Origin: the human T2T-CHM13v2.0 reference genome, Homo sapiens
Assembly (NCBI RefSeq): GCF_009914755.1
Contig: NC_060926.1
Direction: 5' to 3' (one strand)
Length of the DNA stretch: 64,000 nucleotides
Part shown: positions 28,131 to 42,235 of the stretch, piece after piece
How positions within the stretch are numbered: position 1 is the stretch's first letter
How the letters are laid out: the number at the start of each line of letters is the position of its first letter
The notes under the pieces: model-generated
Seen by the model: the letters and a program-made list of their open reading frames with translations, nothing else
Told to the model about the DNA's origin: nothing
Databases searched by the model: none
Translations under genes and position numbers: made by a program

Positions 28131-31100
28131 AGATCTGAAAAAGAACACTGTGCGAGATTGTATTCCTGCTTATTCTTTCCAAGTTAGTAGGCAGATTGGA
28201 ACTATAGAATTTATCCGTGATAATAATAAAGTTCGCATAACTTTTGTTCTGATTACAGAAACAATGTATGCTCAGGACAGAAAGCTAGAGATAAAGAGAA
28301 ATATAAACAGCAAACAGGAAACCATCCCCAATCCCACATTTTTTACCAGCCTTGTCACAGCCTGGCAGATTTGAACATTAAGTTAGAACTGGAGCCATTC
28401 TTGCCTAAACCAGAGAATCCCTGAATGCAGCCGCCCCTTCTCACCCTTGTGACCGTCTCTGAGCTCCAAAGTTTGGGTTTTTTCCTTGCTCCCTACCCGG
28501 GCAGAATCTCTGCTGGCCACAAGTCCCCTTCCCAGTGGGCTGGGGGCTTTCCTTGAGATCCGTGGCCCAGATGAAATGATGGGAGAGGCCTGGATCCTCA
28601 CCGCCCTCTGTGGTTTTGGTTCCTTGCCTTGTAAAAATGAAGGTAATGATTCTCAATCTGCTTCTCAAGCCACCATAAAAATTAATGGGTGGTTTGCAGA
28701 GCGTTTTGACATCCGTGGATGGACAGCGGCTGTACTTTAAGGCGCTGGGGAACATTCTACTGTTCCTCATTGCAGTGGTCATGCAGTGTAATAGGCTGCC
28801 TCTCACCTGGCCGTCCTGCCCAGGAAACAGACTCCAGGAATGTCCAGTGGAGCCCTGAGGACAATATTCCTGGTTCCTTGCTCAGTGCCCTCGGGACTCG
28901 GCCAAATCCCTCAGAGTGGGAAGCTTGGGAAGAGGCAGCGCTCTCCAATCCCCCTCCTCCACCTCTGCTTTCTGCTTGTAGGCGGATTTCTTAAAGTAAG
29001 GGGGCAGTGATATTTAGGCGGGACCCCAGATTGCCCACTGCCTGATGTTTGTGGGTCTGTGGAATGCCCGGGCCGTGCTTATCCAAAAGAACAGTTAGTT
29101 CTGGGAGGACGCATAAACTGAACAAACCTGGCTTCCTAGAGATTTGTATGGCTCACTTGTTTACTAAATGAACAATGACCGGCTGCGGAGAAGCCCAGGA
29201 CACTTCTGTGAGCTTTATTATTATTTTTTTCCTGTTGTCCCAAGACTACATTTTAGTGATCTTATAAAACAATAAATAAGAACCCATGCCATTTGTTAAT
29301 TCTGGGTACCAAAGGCCCAGGTGGGGAGAGGTACTTCACAGCATGCCTTTTGTCCCCAAGCACCCATGCCACCCCCACAACAACAAAGTAATCAGGGTAG
29401 AAGATCCTCTTTCTGTAACCGTCTGTCGTTTGACAGTTTCATTTTTTAAATTGTCCTTTCCACCAGCACGTGGATCTGATCAGGGTCTGTCTAGTTGCAG
29501 ATCACAGCTCAAGAGGGGGTTTTGGAAAGACCCGGAAAGTGGGCTGAAAAAAATGCTGATAAAGTATCCTTCACCGGGTGCCTTGTCTGTTCATGTATTG
29601 TGCTCTTACTTTTCTCTGTGGAGGGAGGACCTTCCTGGCTTTTCTCCCTTGCTCTTGTTTGCTAATCCGGCAGCCTGGAATTATTTCCCTCTGGGCTGCT
29701 TGAATAGACTTTCTTCTTATTCTAATGCTGGATTCTAGTCTGATCATAAGATATGCGAATGGTGAATGTGGTTTACGCCCTTGAATCCTGGGAGGTGTTC
29801 CTGGTTTTAAATCCTGGGATCCTGGCCAGTTAAGAGCCCCTGGCTCCCCTGAAATTGCGTGGGAGGTGTGTGTGCTTTCTCTTCCTGGGGAGCTTCTTAC
29901 AGAGCCCTTGACCCAAACAAGGTTGAGAGCTCCAGAGTGCGGCCCTGGCAGACCTCGTCCCTGGACCCTGGCTCCAGGCAGACCTCCCAGTTCCAGCCTC
30001 GTTTCAGGTACCAGCCTTGTTTTGACCGAGTAGGAGCTGCTGTTTACAACTGGGCAGCCATGTGGATTTCCCTTAGCTTTATTATTTTCAAATTGCACAC
30101 CTAAATTGGGCTGTGTTGTGATTTTTCTTCTGCAAATTGGACTCAGGCCCCTGGGACATTTCCCAAGGCCCTGGAGGTGGGCATCAGGTCTTCTCTGTTG
30201 CGAGGTAGCCGCCTGACAACCAGGAATCCGAAAAGGTCACCGATCACTAAATAGAGTTCTCAGAGCACTCTCAGTGCGCGGGTCAGCTTTGCTCCTGGCC
30301 AGGAGCGAGCCTCAGGCCAAGCAACGTTTACACTCAGCTTCTGGGGAGCTGGGCTAGGTCTCTGGGCTCCCCAGCTATTTGCACGAAAGAAGCCTCACAT
30401 TCTGCCACCACCCTGTGGAGCAGTGACAGAAAAACAATTCATCTAGCCCCCAAATACCCAGGGAACAATCCAGCTACTTGATTCAGTATCCTCCAGGAAG
30501 CCGAAACCAGCTCCTCGGTGGGCCCTGAGGGCGTCCACGTGTTACATAACCCAGCACCTGATCCCACCGTGACCTCGCTAAAGGGAAAAAGTCTCAATAA
30601 TCAGTCTTCAGAGGGCGAGGGAGTGCAGAATATGCTTTAGAAAGAGGCTGTGTGCCGTGTTTTAAGAAGGGTAAAATCCCATGTAGAACATCACAGCCTC
30701 CCATCTTCCAGGTGAACAGTGCCTCCTGAAGTCATCAGGAAGCATATGGATTTGAGGAAGTAGAATTGCTGTATGGAATTCCTCTAATTTAAGGTTTGGG
30801 GTATTTTGAGGGATGGAAATAGGTACCACTCGTTGAGGGCTTACCATATGCTAGGCTGCATGTGTGCCCTTTTGAATCCTCACGAAAACTACCAGGGGTT
30901 TCATTTTACAGGGAAGCTACGAGAATTTAAGAAACTCCTCCAACCTTAGACTTTAATGAGTGCTTGAGTTGGGATTTGAACCTGGATCTGTCCAAGTCCA
31001 GAGCTCGTCATCACATCTCCCGGGGTGCTGAAATTAAAGAAACAAACGGCTCTCAGTCACACATTGGAGCCTGAAGATACAGGCATGCAAATAGCGGAGT

Positions 31101-31612
31101 GCCAGCCTCCCTCACACAATTAGAAAATAGCTTGTACTCTGAAGGTGATGAAATCTTTAAAACATGTGACGCTTTCTCAGCCTAAATGGAAGGCAGCCAT
31201 TTTGCACCTTTGTTCGTGAAACCCTCACCCCGTCACCAGGGCGAAGCAAGGTTTATTTGGAAGATTGTGACTTTGAAGTTGGGATAACCCAGGATTTGGT
31301 ACGATGTCTTTCCTTGTCCCGTGAAAAGAGGGTGTTTGGGCACATGGGGTCACTAGAATGAGATTAAGATTATAGGAAGGCGGTTAAGTAAATGTACAAT
31401 AAGGGTTCCACCTTCCTCTTTACAATCAAATAAATGACATACTAATGAGATTATTCTTATCTGCGCAATAAAAGCTTATCTCAGGGGAGCTCTCTTTGCT
31501 GAAGCCTGTTAGCCCAACTCTTCTGTAGAGATTGAGAAGAATACTTCCTTTGAAAGGATTTTATGGTTCCAAGTTTTTATTAAATCTGCATAACTGAGGA
31601 CAACCCTGCCTC

Positions 31613-31914
<302 letters not shown>

Positions 31915-31980
31915 TTGCCCCATTTTTATGAGCAGGCAGGAAGCTTTTCTAGCCCCTCCAATGTAGGAGGTCCCTGAGCT

Positions 31981-32463
<483 letters not shown>

Positions 32464-32629
32464 ATTGCACTGAGCCCACCCACACGACACCCCTGCTTCC
32501 CCTTCCGTCACCCCCATCACTTTAATGGAAGAAATTGTGGCCTCACTTCTGCTTGGTCCATGTCTGCCTAGGAGCAGTACTGAAAAAGGATTTGGGTACT
32601 ACTGAGTAACCGAATTTGGCCAGCAAGAG

Positions 32630-32800
32630 TAGAAGGCTTCAAAACTCAGGCTGCATTTTAAAATCACCCGGGAGCTTAAAAAAACAACAATCCATGTTCC
32701 AGGCCCATCCCCAGTTGAATCAGAATGTCTGGGTGTGGGTCCAGACCTCTGTAGATTTGGAAAGCTTCCCGGGTGACTGTAATGTATATCCACGTTGAAC
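32630..32800. mobile_element. MER5 (hAT-Charlie)
   Basis: aatcacccgggagcttaaaa...aggcccatcccca...gaatcagaatgtctgggtgtggg...aagcttcccgggtgactgtaatg. Confidence 0.8.
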
Positions 32801-34710
32801 ACCAGGGATGTGGTGATGAATTTGTTCAAGAAGAAAGCTGAGGGGGTGCAGTTTGGGGCAGGGCGTGGCAGACCCTGTGTATTTGAGCCCAAGGAGGTGA
32901 GATCTCCCTTGCAGAGCAGGGAATGTTTTTCCTTAAGGCCTCGTAGAGGGTGAGGAAGTGCTGGGCTAGGAGAGGCAGGCGGAGCCCATCTTCCCCCCAA
33001 CAGGTCTGTCCTCCTCCAGGGGCACGTGTCCTACACTGATGAGGTCCACATACTTGTTTGGCTTTGGTTGCTTCTGCTGGTCTAGAAAGGAAAAGAGTCT
33101 TCCTTCCAGGAAGTCAGGGGGTCAGGATGAAGCCAGGCAGACCCCCTGGGTGGGTGTGATGAGCTGTTCTCAGATATTAAAGCAGAGGGGCTTACTGGGA
33201 CCACCCAGATGAAGGAAAGAGAAACCCTACCGCCCAAGGACCATAGCTGAACACTTTGTAAGAGTCCTTGAGCTTGGGTGCGCACATAAGCTGATTATTT
33301 TTTCTCCATCATAATTACCAGTAAAATTATTTTAAAATGTGAGAGCTTTCCTTGGAGGCAGTAAGCATGTGGGAGGGAAAAGTCATTCAACTTCAGAGCC
33401 AGCCATGGTGAGCGGGGCTGGGACTGGGGAGAGGCACACGAGGCCCCTGGGGTGCAGGATTCAAGGAGGTGCTCGCCCTGGGGGGGTGTCTGGGGAAGGG
33501 TCTGTCCTGCTGGCCAGAGGAGGGCTGTTTGAGAGAGGGCGGTCCTGGGCTCACTTCCTTAGAGTTGGGCAGTGAGTGTGGAAGAGCTCATACATGGGAA
33601 CCTAGAGTGAAGAGCAGGGGCCAGGATCACACTGCTGGATCACCCCCAGAAGGGGCAGGAAGGCTAAGGGGGAGCCAGTGGAGGAGCAGCTGGGATGGGA
33701 GAACAAGTGCCCTGCGGGGCCCTGAAGTCAAGGAGGAGAAAGATGGGGGTAGGGGGAGAGGGGGTTGAGAGCTCAAAGCAGACGGGACAGTTCTGGGTCT
33801 ATCATGTGCGGAGGATTTATGAACGGGAGGACTGGAACCCTGTCACTGTGGTAGTGGAGAAACTCCTATAATAGAAGAAATAGCACAGAGTGGAGGCCAC
33901 GCAGAAGAATGTTGGTGATAAAAGAAATTGGACCGTATTTGATGGTGTGGAGACAGGGCAGGAGGGAGCCAGGGTTGGGTCAGAGGGACTGGGATTCTAG
34001 CAGGGGCGGAAAATTCTCCTTGGGGTACCCGTGCGGTGGGGAGTGGCCGCAGATGCTGAGAGGGAAGCATTGGGTGTGAATAGCTGATCACCAGGAGCAG
34101 CTGGTTAAAAGACCTTCCCCAAATGCTTTCTCAGATCATAACATCTGCAACTTTTTCCCACTAGCCTTTGTGGAGGGCTGGCTGGGGGGCCCATTTGTCC
34201 TTAAGACTCAATTCAGCAGACTCACTTGCTCTTCCAGGCCCAGTTCACACTGCCTTCTCAGACACACCCGAGGAACCTGCACCTGGGTCTGCCTGTGTCC
34301 TAGCTTTCTTACCTGTCTGTTGTCCCCCTAGGCAGGGCGCTGCTTGGGGGCAGTTGCATTTTATTATCTCTGCATCCTCCATACACAGGAGCCCCTCAGA
34401 CACCATGCCCAGTGCATGAAAGAGCTGGCAGAGAGAGAGAGAGAGAGCCTGGACAAGGTGAAAACTTAGGGTGGTGACTTCATACAGCCATGTAGTGACA
34501 ACTCCAATATTCTCTTCTTGACATCTTGGCAGTAAAACTTACAATATATGATAGAAGTAATTCCTCCCTATGAATAATAAACGGCTTACTTATAAATACT
34601 GTCCAGTGGCCATCCCCGTAGTTCTGTGCAATTTAATTTTTAATTCAGGTAGGTTTACCTTGCCTTTGTTTACCCATTTTCCACTGTTGCCCTTTGTAAG
34701 AGGATTTGAC

Positions 34711-35094
<384 letters not shown>

Positions 35095-36318
35095 TAACAA
35101 TCATAGTTGATGTACAAGTGCCGTCAAATATTTGTATGTGTCCTGTGCATAAATGGGAAATAAGGGTACGGTATTCAGATCTAACTGAAAATAATGATTG
35201 GAGCTGATGTAATACTTACACATAATTCATGTAGAATGCTAGGCCCAGGGCCTATGCCCCATTGCAAAGTGGTGAATACAGATATGGTTGTGGTTCTTCC
35301 TGCTGTGGTCTGGTCTCACGTTTCCTTACCCCTGTCCCAAATATCCCCTCTAGCAAGTTGGGTTTTTGTTTTTATCTTGTGGTTTGAGGAATCGATATTT
35401 CAAATGTTTGTAAGAGGAATGCTCTGTTCCCGTTCAGTACAGAGCAGCAGCCATTGGTTCTCTCCTTTACAGTGTGGGACTAGGACATCAACACAATTTT
35501 GAATTTTGGTCTCATTTCAGGCCTGTGTGAGGGGGTGCTGACTCTGGGTGACATCAGGAGATCAGGCACTGGCTAGTCATCACAAACAGAATCCCAAGAG
35601 TTCACTTAGTGCCCATTTTTGCTTATATGTGTATCTTATTGGAGCCACCTGTGATTTTCAGAACTGCTGAATTGGGGGAAAGCAGACGCAACTGTTTGGG
35701 GCCACGTGCGCACACACTTGAAATGCTCAGTTGCACTGTGTAATGTAGGATTTTTCCGTGGTTTTGGATTCTTCCCATTTTTGTTGGCCTTTTCCCTGTG
35801 TTACGCACTGAGACACTTCTGTACACAGCTGTTTCTTCGAAATCAATCAAATTTGAAACAGCCTGATTTGCAAAACTGAAAGTTGTTGTATGGAGGAAGA
35901 TCCTTGGTAAGAATTACATGGCTCACGTATCATGTTCTTCTTACATTGTTTTTTGTTTCCCAGCCATTGTCAGGGAACAATAGCTGGAATGACGTTTTCA
36001 CAGACTGCAATATGAGAAGTTCCTTTTTCCAGTGGCAGCTCCATGGCTCTTTGTTGGGACCTGGTTCATTGCGGGGACATCACAGTGGGAAAGAGCAGGG
36101 GGTGTCTGAGCCCCACACACCTGTCTGTGTCCGAATATTTGGCTTCTCTTCCTGTTATGACCTCGGTCACATTTTTGGACATCTTTGAGGCTCAGCCTTC
36201 TGATCTCTAAAATGATGACCATCGTACTTCGCTCCTGGAGTTGGGCAGTTTAAATGAGATCACACTCAATGCCACTGTACTGCTAGCTGTGGATTTGGCT
36301 CCATCATTGTCCCTGTGG

Positions 36319-36626
36319 TTTTTGTTTGTTTGTTGTTTGTTTTTGAGATGGAGTTTTGCTCTGTCGCCCAGGCTGGAGTGCAGTGGTGCGATCTTGGCTC
36401 ACTGAAATCTCCACCCACTGAGTTGAAGTGATTCTCCTGCTTCAGCCTCCCAAGTAGCTGGGATTACAAGTGTGCGCCACCATGCCCAGCTAATTTTTGT
36501 ATTTTTAGTAGAGACGGGGTTTTACCATGTTGGCCAGGCTGGTCTCGAACTCCCGACCTCAGGTGATCCACCTGCCTCAGCCTCCCCGGGTGCTGGGATT
36601 ACAGGTGTGAGCCACTGCGCCCGGCC
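36319..36626 (-). mobile_element. AluSx
   Basis: Alu consensus, (TTTG)n tail. Confidence 0.95.
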
Positions 36627-37188
36627 TCCATGTTGGTTTTGAGCCCCATGCTTGTCAGCGTGCAGTTCATCATGCCTTGCTTCTTTTGTCTTGTGTACAT
36701 GTACCATAGTTTATTCTTAGATACTGAGTTAATAGAATTTCTGTGATGTTCCAGCATCTGAGTTGAACAGAGTGTAAGGGTTTGATATTCTTCTGATGCT
36801 CAACTTGACCTTTAAAAAGCTCGTAGGTGTGGACCAGGGGCTCGATGCAGTCCTAAGTGTCTAAATAAGGTTTAGGGCTCATCCATGCCAACTTTGCCCA
36901 GTTCCTGAAGTTCCTGGAGGAGGTGGGGTGGTGGGGGTGGGGGTGAGGAGGGGGATGTGTTTGATGAGGCTACAGGTCCCCAGACCTGGGGTGGAGTGTG
37001 GCTCTGGCAGGTAGCATAGAAGGACCAGCAGCAAGTGCCGGAGGCCCCTGTGCCTTTGTTTGCAAGAGGTCTTTACCTGCCCTGACTTCTTGGGTGGGGT
37101 GGGGAGGTGATAGCATCTTTTGTTCACTGTAAGTACTTTGTAGACATATGAGTTGTTTTCAGAATTGTTCCTTGTGATTTTCTTTCAG

Positions 37189-37486
37189 CTTTTGGTTTTT
37201 TTGGAGACAGTGTCTCCCTCTCTCACCCAGACTGGAGTGCGGTGGCCCAATGTCAGCTCACCACAACCTCCGCCTCCCAGGTTCAAGTGATTCTTGTGCC
37301 TCAGCCTCCCTAGTAGCTGGGATTAGAGGTGCATGCCACCACGCTCGGGTAATTTTTGTATTTGTAGTAGAGATGGGGGTTTCACTGTGTTGGCCAGGCT
37401 GGTCTTGAACTCCTGACCTCAAGTGATCTGCCCGCCTTGGCCTCCCAAAGTGCTGGGATTACAGGTGTGAGCTACTGTGCCTGGCC
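37189..37486 (-). mobile_element. AluSz/Sx
   Basis: Alu consensus. Confidence 0.95.
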
Positions 37487-37787
37487 TCTTCTTTTCCAAA
37501 AAAAATAATAATAAAAAAACCTTTTCTGCTTATGTATTTTAAATTACTGAATAAATTACATGTTTGTACATGTTTGTTTTAGAAACACTAGAAAATGTAA
37601 AAAGAAAAAAAATCACATCAGTGGAATTCTACCACCCATGATGACCACTCTGGACACTTTCATATGCGTCTTTCAGATATTTTCGCTTGAAGTATAGAGC
37701 TTCCAAACAAAAACAGGCTGAGACAGTGAGTGGTCTTGCCTTTGTACCTGGCACATAGCAATTTTTCAATAAGTATTTATTGAATGA

Positions 37788-38097
<310 letters not shown>

Positions 38098-40916
38098 AAT
38101 GCTATGCTTTTAAAAATAGCTTTTTATCTAAAATTGTTGACATATTTTCAGATCAATAAATACAGATTTGCATCCTCATTTTTCATGTCAGGTTTGTATA
38201 GGTACAGGTACAGTACCCTGTTTGTTTAATAAGTGTTTGTGAATAGACACTTCCCAGTTATTTTGAAATTATAAACAACACTGCAATGAACATCTTTGAT
38301 ATATAGATTTTTCCATGCATGTTAAGTTTCTCATTTGAATGAATCTTTTACTTTTATTGTGCTTAAAATCTATGAAGAACTTATAATTATATTAATTGTT
38401 GGGTGACTGTATAATTACTATACAGAAAAGCACCTCAAAAGGGAGTGACGTTGGGAAGAGTTCCAGAATCTGTTGTATAAAACTTGGTGAACTTTAAGAG
38501 CGGCCGTACTTGTTCCCATCCTTTTTGGGGGAATGCTTTCTGTTTCTCCAGATCCTGACGTGCTTTGCGTTCTGCGCTTTTGGAGTGGGAGGGTGGGTCA
38601 ACAGAGTAATGTTGATGCCTTAAGCGCATACTTCAGTTTTAGGATGCACACATACATGCCAGCTTCAGAAGCATTAACATCTGGGAGTAACTGTATGTTC
38701 TAGAGTCCAGGAGGTGTTTCCGTTGGGAGGTCTTCAGGGCCCACTCCCTCCTAGAAGGGGATGAGTGATGGTTTTCATGCATTCAGCTTCGGAGCTGTTG
38801 TTGTAAGCTTCTCCAGGGTCATGTCGTCATGGGTGTCCAGAGTGATTTTGTGGCTGTGTCACTTGATCAGCTGTGACAAGACGGACTGCAGTTGGATCTG
38901 GCATCTGGTAAAAGCACAGACTTGGTTTTCAGGACCTCTGGGTTCACTAAGGGGAGAGTTTGTCATGGCTCCTGCTGATCGCAAGACTGTAATTTGGATC
39001 TTGACTGCGGTCTGGTGTCGCAAGCCTTCTTTCTGGCAAGAGAGGAAAACTAATTTATGGGCGGAATATTTTTTGGCCTGTCTCCTGTAGTTTTGCACAG
39101 GGGCCTGGCTGCCTCCTCAGGTCTTGGCACCGCAGTATTTGTGAGTCATCCACCTATAGGTAACATGAGGCAGCACTTTGGGGCTTCGTGAAACCCCAGC
39201 TATGGGGATAAGGGACTGGCCAGCATTCCCAGCACGCCCCAGGGGCTGCTTAGAAGCAGGAAACTGTCCATGAGTTCTGGTTTTTTGTTCTGAGTGTGGA
39301 GGACACCTTCAGGAGGCTGGGGAGGGGCCCTGACATCAAGCCTGAGAGCTGACCCCTTTTCTAACTCTCTGGGACATGGTCCTGGCTCTTTCCCTCTTCT
39401 TGTTCACGCTTTAATGCCTTTTAATTCCTTGACTCACTGCTGAGCCCCTCTGCATTCCGGGTGGGGGAGATAAATGGGGAGCCCACCAGATGCAGCGTCT
39501 GCCCACAGGGAGTTCACTGCCCAGCAGGGGAGAAGGGGCATTCAAGTGCACCAGGGGAAAGGTCAGGGTTCATGAGGTTGTACTGGGGGTCAGGACAGGA
39601 TCCCTAAAGAAGCCCCACTAAGTAGGGGGACCTGAAGAATGAGCAGGCCAGGAAGTGCATGGTGATTTAGGGGGGCAGTGGACTGGTGGGTTCTGGGCAG
39701 GGTGGCTTGGTGAGTCCAAGGAACCAAAAGAGGGCCATAGTGAGACCCCCTTCCCAAGAGCACCTGGGAGGGATTCCGGGGCAGGTGGCTGGATCGGACA
39801 GGTCCTTCTGCACTTCCCTCGCTTTGAACTTGTATCTAAGGGCACCAAGAAGATGCGATTAGATGTGTAAGCGTGACTTGAAAGGGGCCGGGTGACCTGC
39901 CTGGGGTTCCCTGGCACAGGGGGTGACCCATCCATCATCGAGGCCTGGCAGGGAGGCTACCCTGTGCACCACATCCTGTTCCAGACCCCCATCTTCACAG
40001 CCCTGGCACTACGTGTAGCAGAGTCGGTCTCCCAGCCCAGTGCTCCCGTGACCCACATGTGGTACTTCTCCCTCCCGGCCTGCTGTGAGATTCTTATAAA
40101 ATTGTCTCTGATTAATCACCCTGTACAGCTTTTAAAAGTTACTTTTATTACCCAAAACAACACTTCAGAAACTAAGCTGACGGTTGAATCATTGAAGGAG
40201 TCACAGCATTCTTTCATCCCAGAGAGAAAAAAGGTAATGAAGAAGAGGAGACTGTCCAGTGAAAACCACATGAGAGGCACCCAGCATCAATGCACCTCTC
40301 TCTGGTCAGCTGAGTCCTTGAACTCCTCGGCAGTTCCCCCTCAGGGAAGGTCAGCGGACAGGCTGTGTCCTGGCTTTAATTGTCAGTTTCTGAAACTCAC
40401 CAGGCTGGGTAGTCAGACTTCTGACAGCCACTGTCTCTGCACCCCCGTGAGCTGCTGAGTTTACTGGCCATCCAGAGAGACTTCTGTGTTGAACCCACAT
40501 TAACCTGGCTAATCCCATCTCTTCTGTGAAAACTTGAATACAACCTTTTGCAATAGGAAAACCGGCTGTCCTCAACTGGCTCAGAGGAAAACCATTAGCT
40601 TTTCAAGGTGAAAAGGAAATAGTGAAAAGCTGGGAGATGATGTCATAAACACTGATTTTTTTGTCATTAGTCAAATTGTCTAGAAATTGGCTGCTTGCTA
40701 AATTGGGAGTGGGATCGTTATTCTGGGAAGATGGGGGTTTTTTTCATGCTCAAGAAGATGGGTAAAATGGCAGTGATTTCCACAGCGAACCTGTGTTGGA
40801 GGGCTGCGACTAACAGGTGAGTAACATTCGGGACAAAATTCTGATTTACTGCTCAGCCGATGATTGCCAACTAGGCATGATGGGAAAAACTTGCGCTTGT
40901 GTGACTTCGAATGTCA

Positions 40917-41495
<579 letters not shown>

Positions 41496-42049
41496 TTATT
41501 TCACTTTCTTAATCCTCAGGAAAACTCAGTGGAGTAAATGGTTTTGTTTCCATTTTATGATGAAACTAAAGCCAAGAGGATAATTAATGTGTCCGTGAAC
41601 ATAGCAAGTATCTGAAATACCACGCAGTAAATCTTGTGTGTGGCACTTAGGTCTGGATATTAACCGAGGGGAATTGGAGACACAAGGCACCGGCATGTTG
41701 ATTTTAATTTTCTGCAAACTCTATTTCACATTCTGCATTTGAGGATGCCTGTGACTTGGACATCATTTTGACTCTCTAATATTCCTTTGAATTATAAGGG
41801 TCTTTTGAAACTTTGGAAATAGTTATTTTCATTGGCGGCAAATGGACCTGGTGTCAAACTAATGTGAACGTTGCCTGTCTGGCAGAAAATGTAAAAAAAG
41901 CTTTGCTTAATTAAGGTAACATTATTCTTGATAGTAGAAATATTAAAAATACATAATCCTACTTCGCTAACTAATCACATTTATGTATTCCCTCTTTCTG
42001 ATTCTTGTTTGGTGTTCATGCATAACACATATATTATGCTTATAGTAAT

Positions 42050-42235
42050 AATAGTAATAGAATAGGGCTGCATGCCATCCTGTGTTTTCAGCGCTTTACA
42101 ACCTTACAACCATAGGAGGGGAGGGACTCTTACTGTCTCTGTTTAACAGATCGGGAAACTGAGGAACCATGGGGTTTAGGGACTTGTGTGAGCTGGGAAG
42201 TGCAGAAGCCAGGAGTTAAGTCCAGGCTGTCTCAA
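42050..42235 (-). mobile_element. MIR
   Basis: tttaacagatcgggaaactgagg...ggtttagggacttg. Confidence 0.65.

Noticed and set aside
26692-28131. 479-aa + strand ORF, and the 327-aa minus-strand ORF, across the CpG island
   Set aside because: Arg/Pro/Gly/Ala low-complexity translation typical of stop-poor GC-rich DNA; starts upstream of the likely TSS, reads through a splice donor and shows no recognisable domain
28225-28230. AATAAA ~1 kb into intron 1 as a premature polyadenylation site
   Set aside because: A single hexamer in an AT-rich island shore is not enough without 3'-end sequencing
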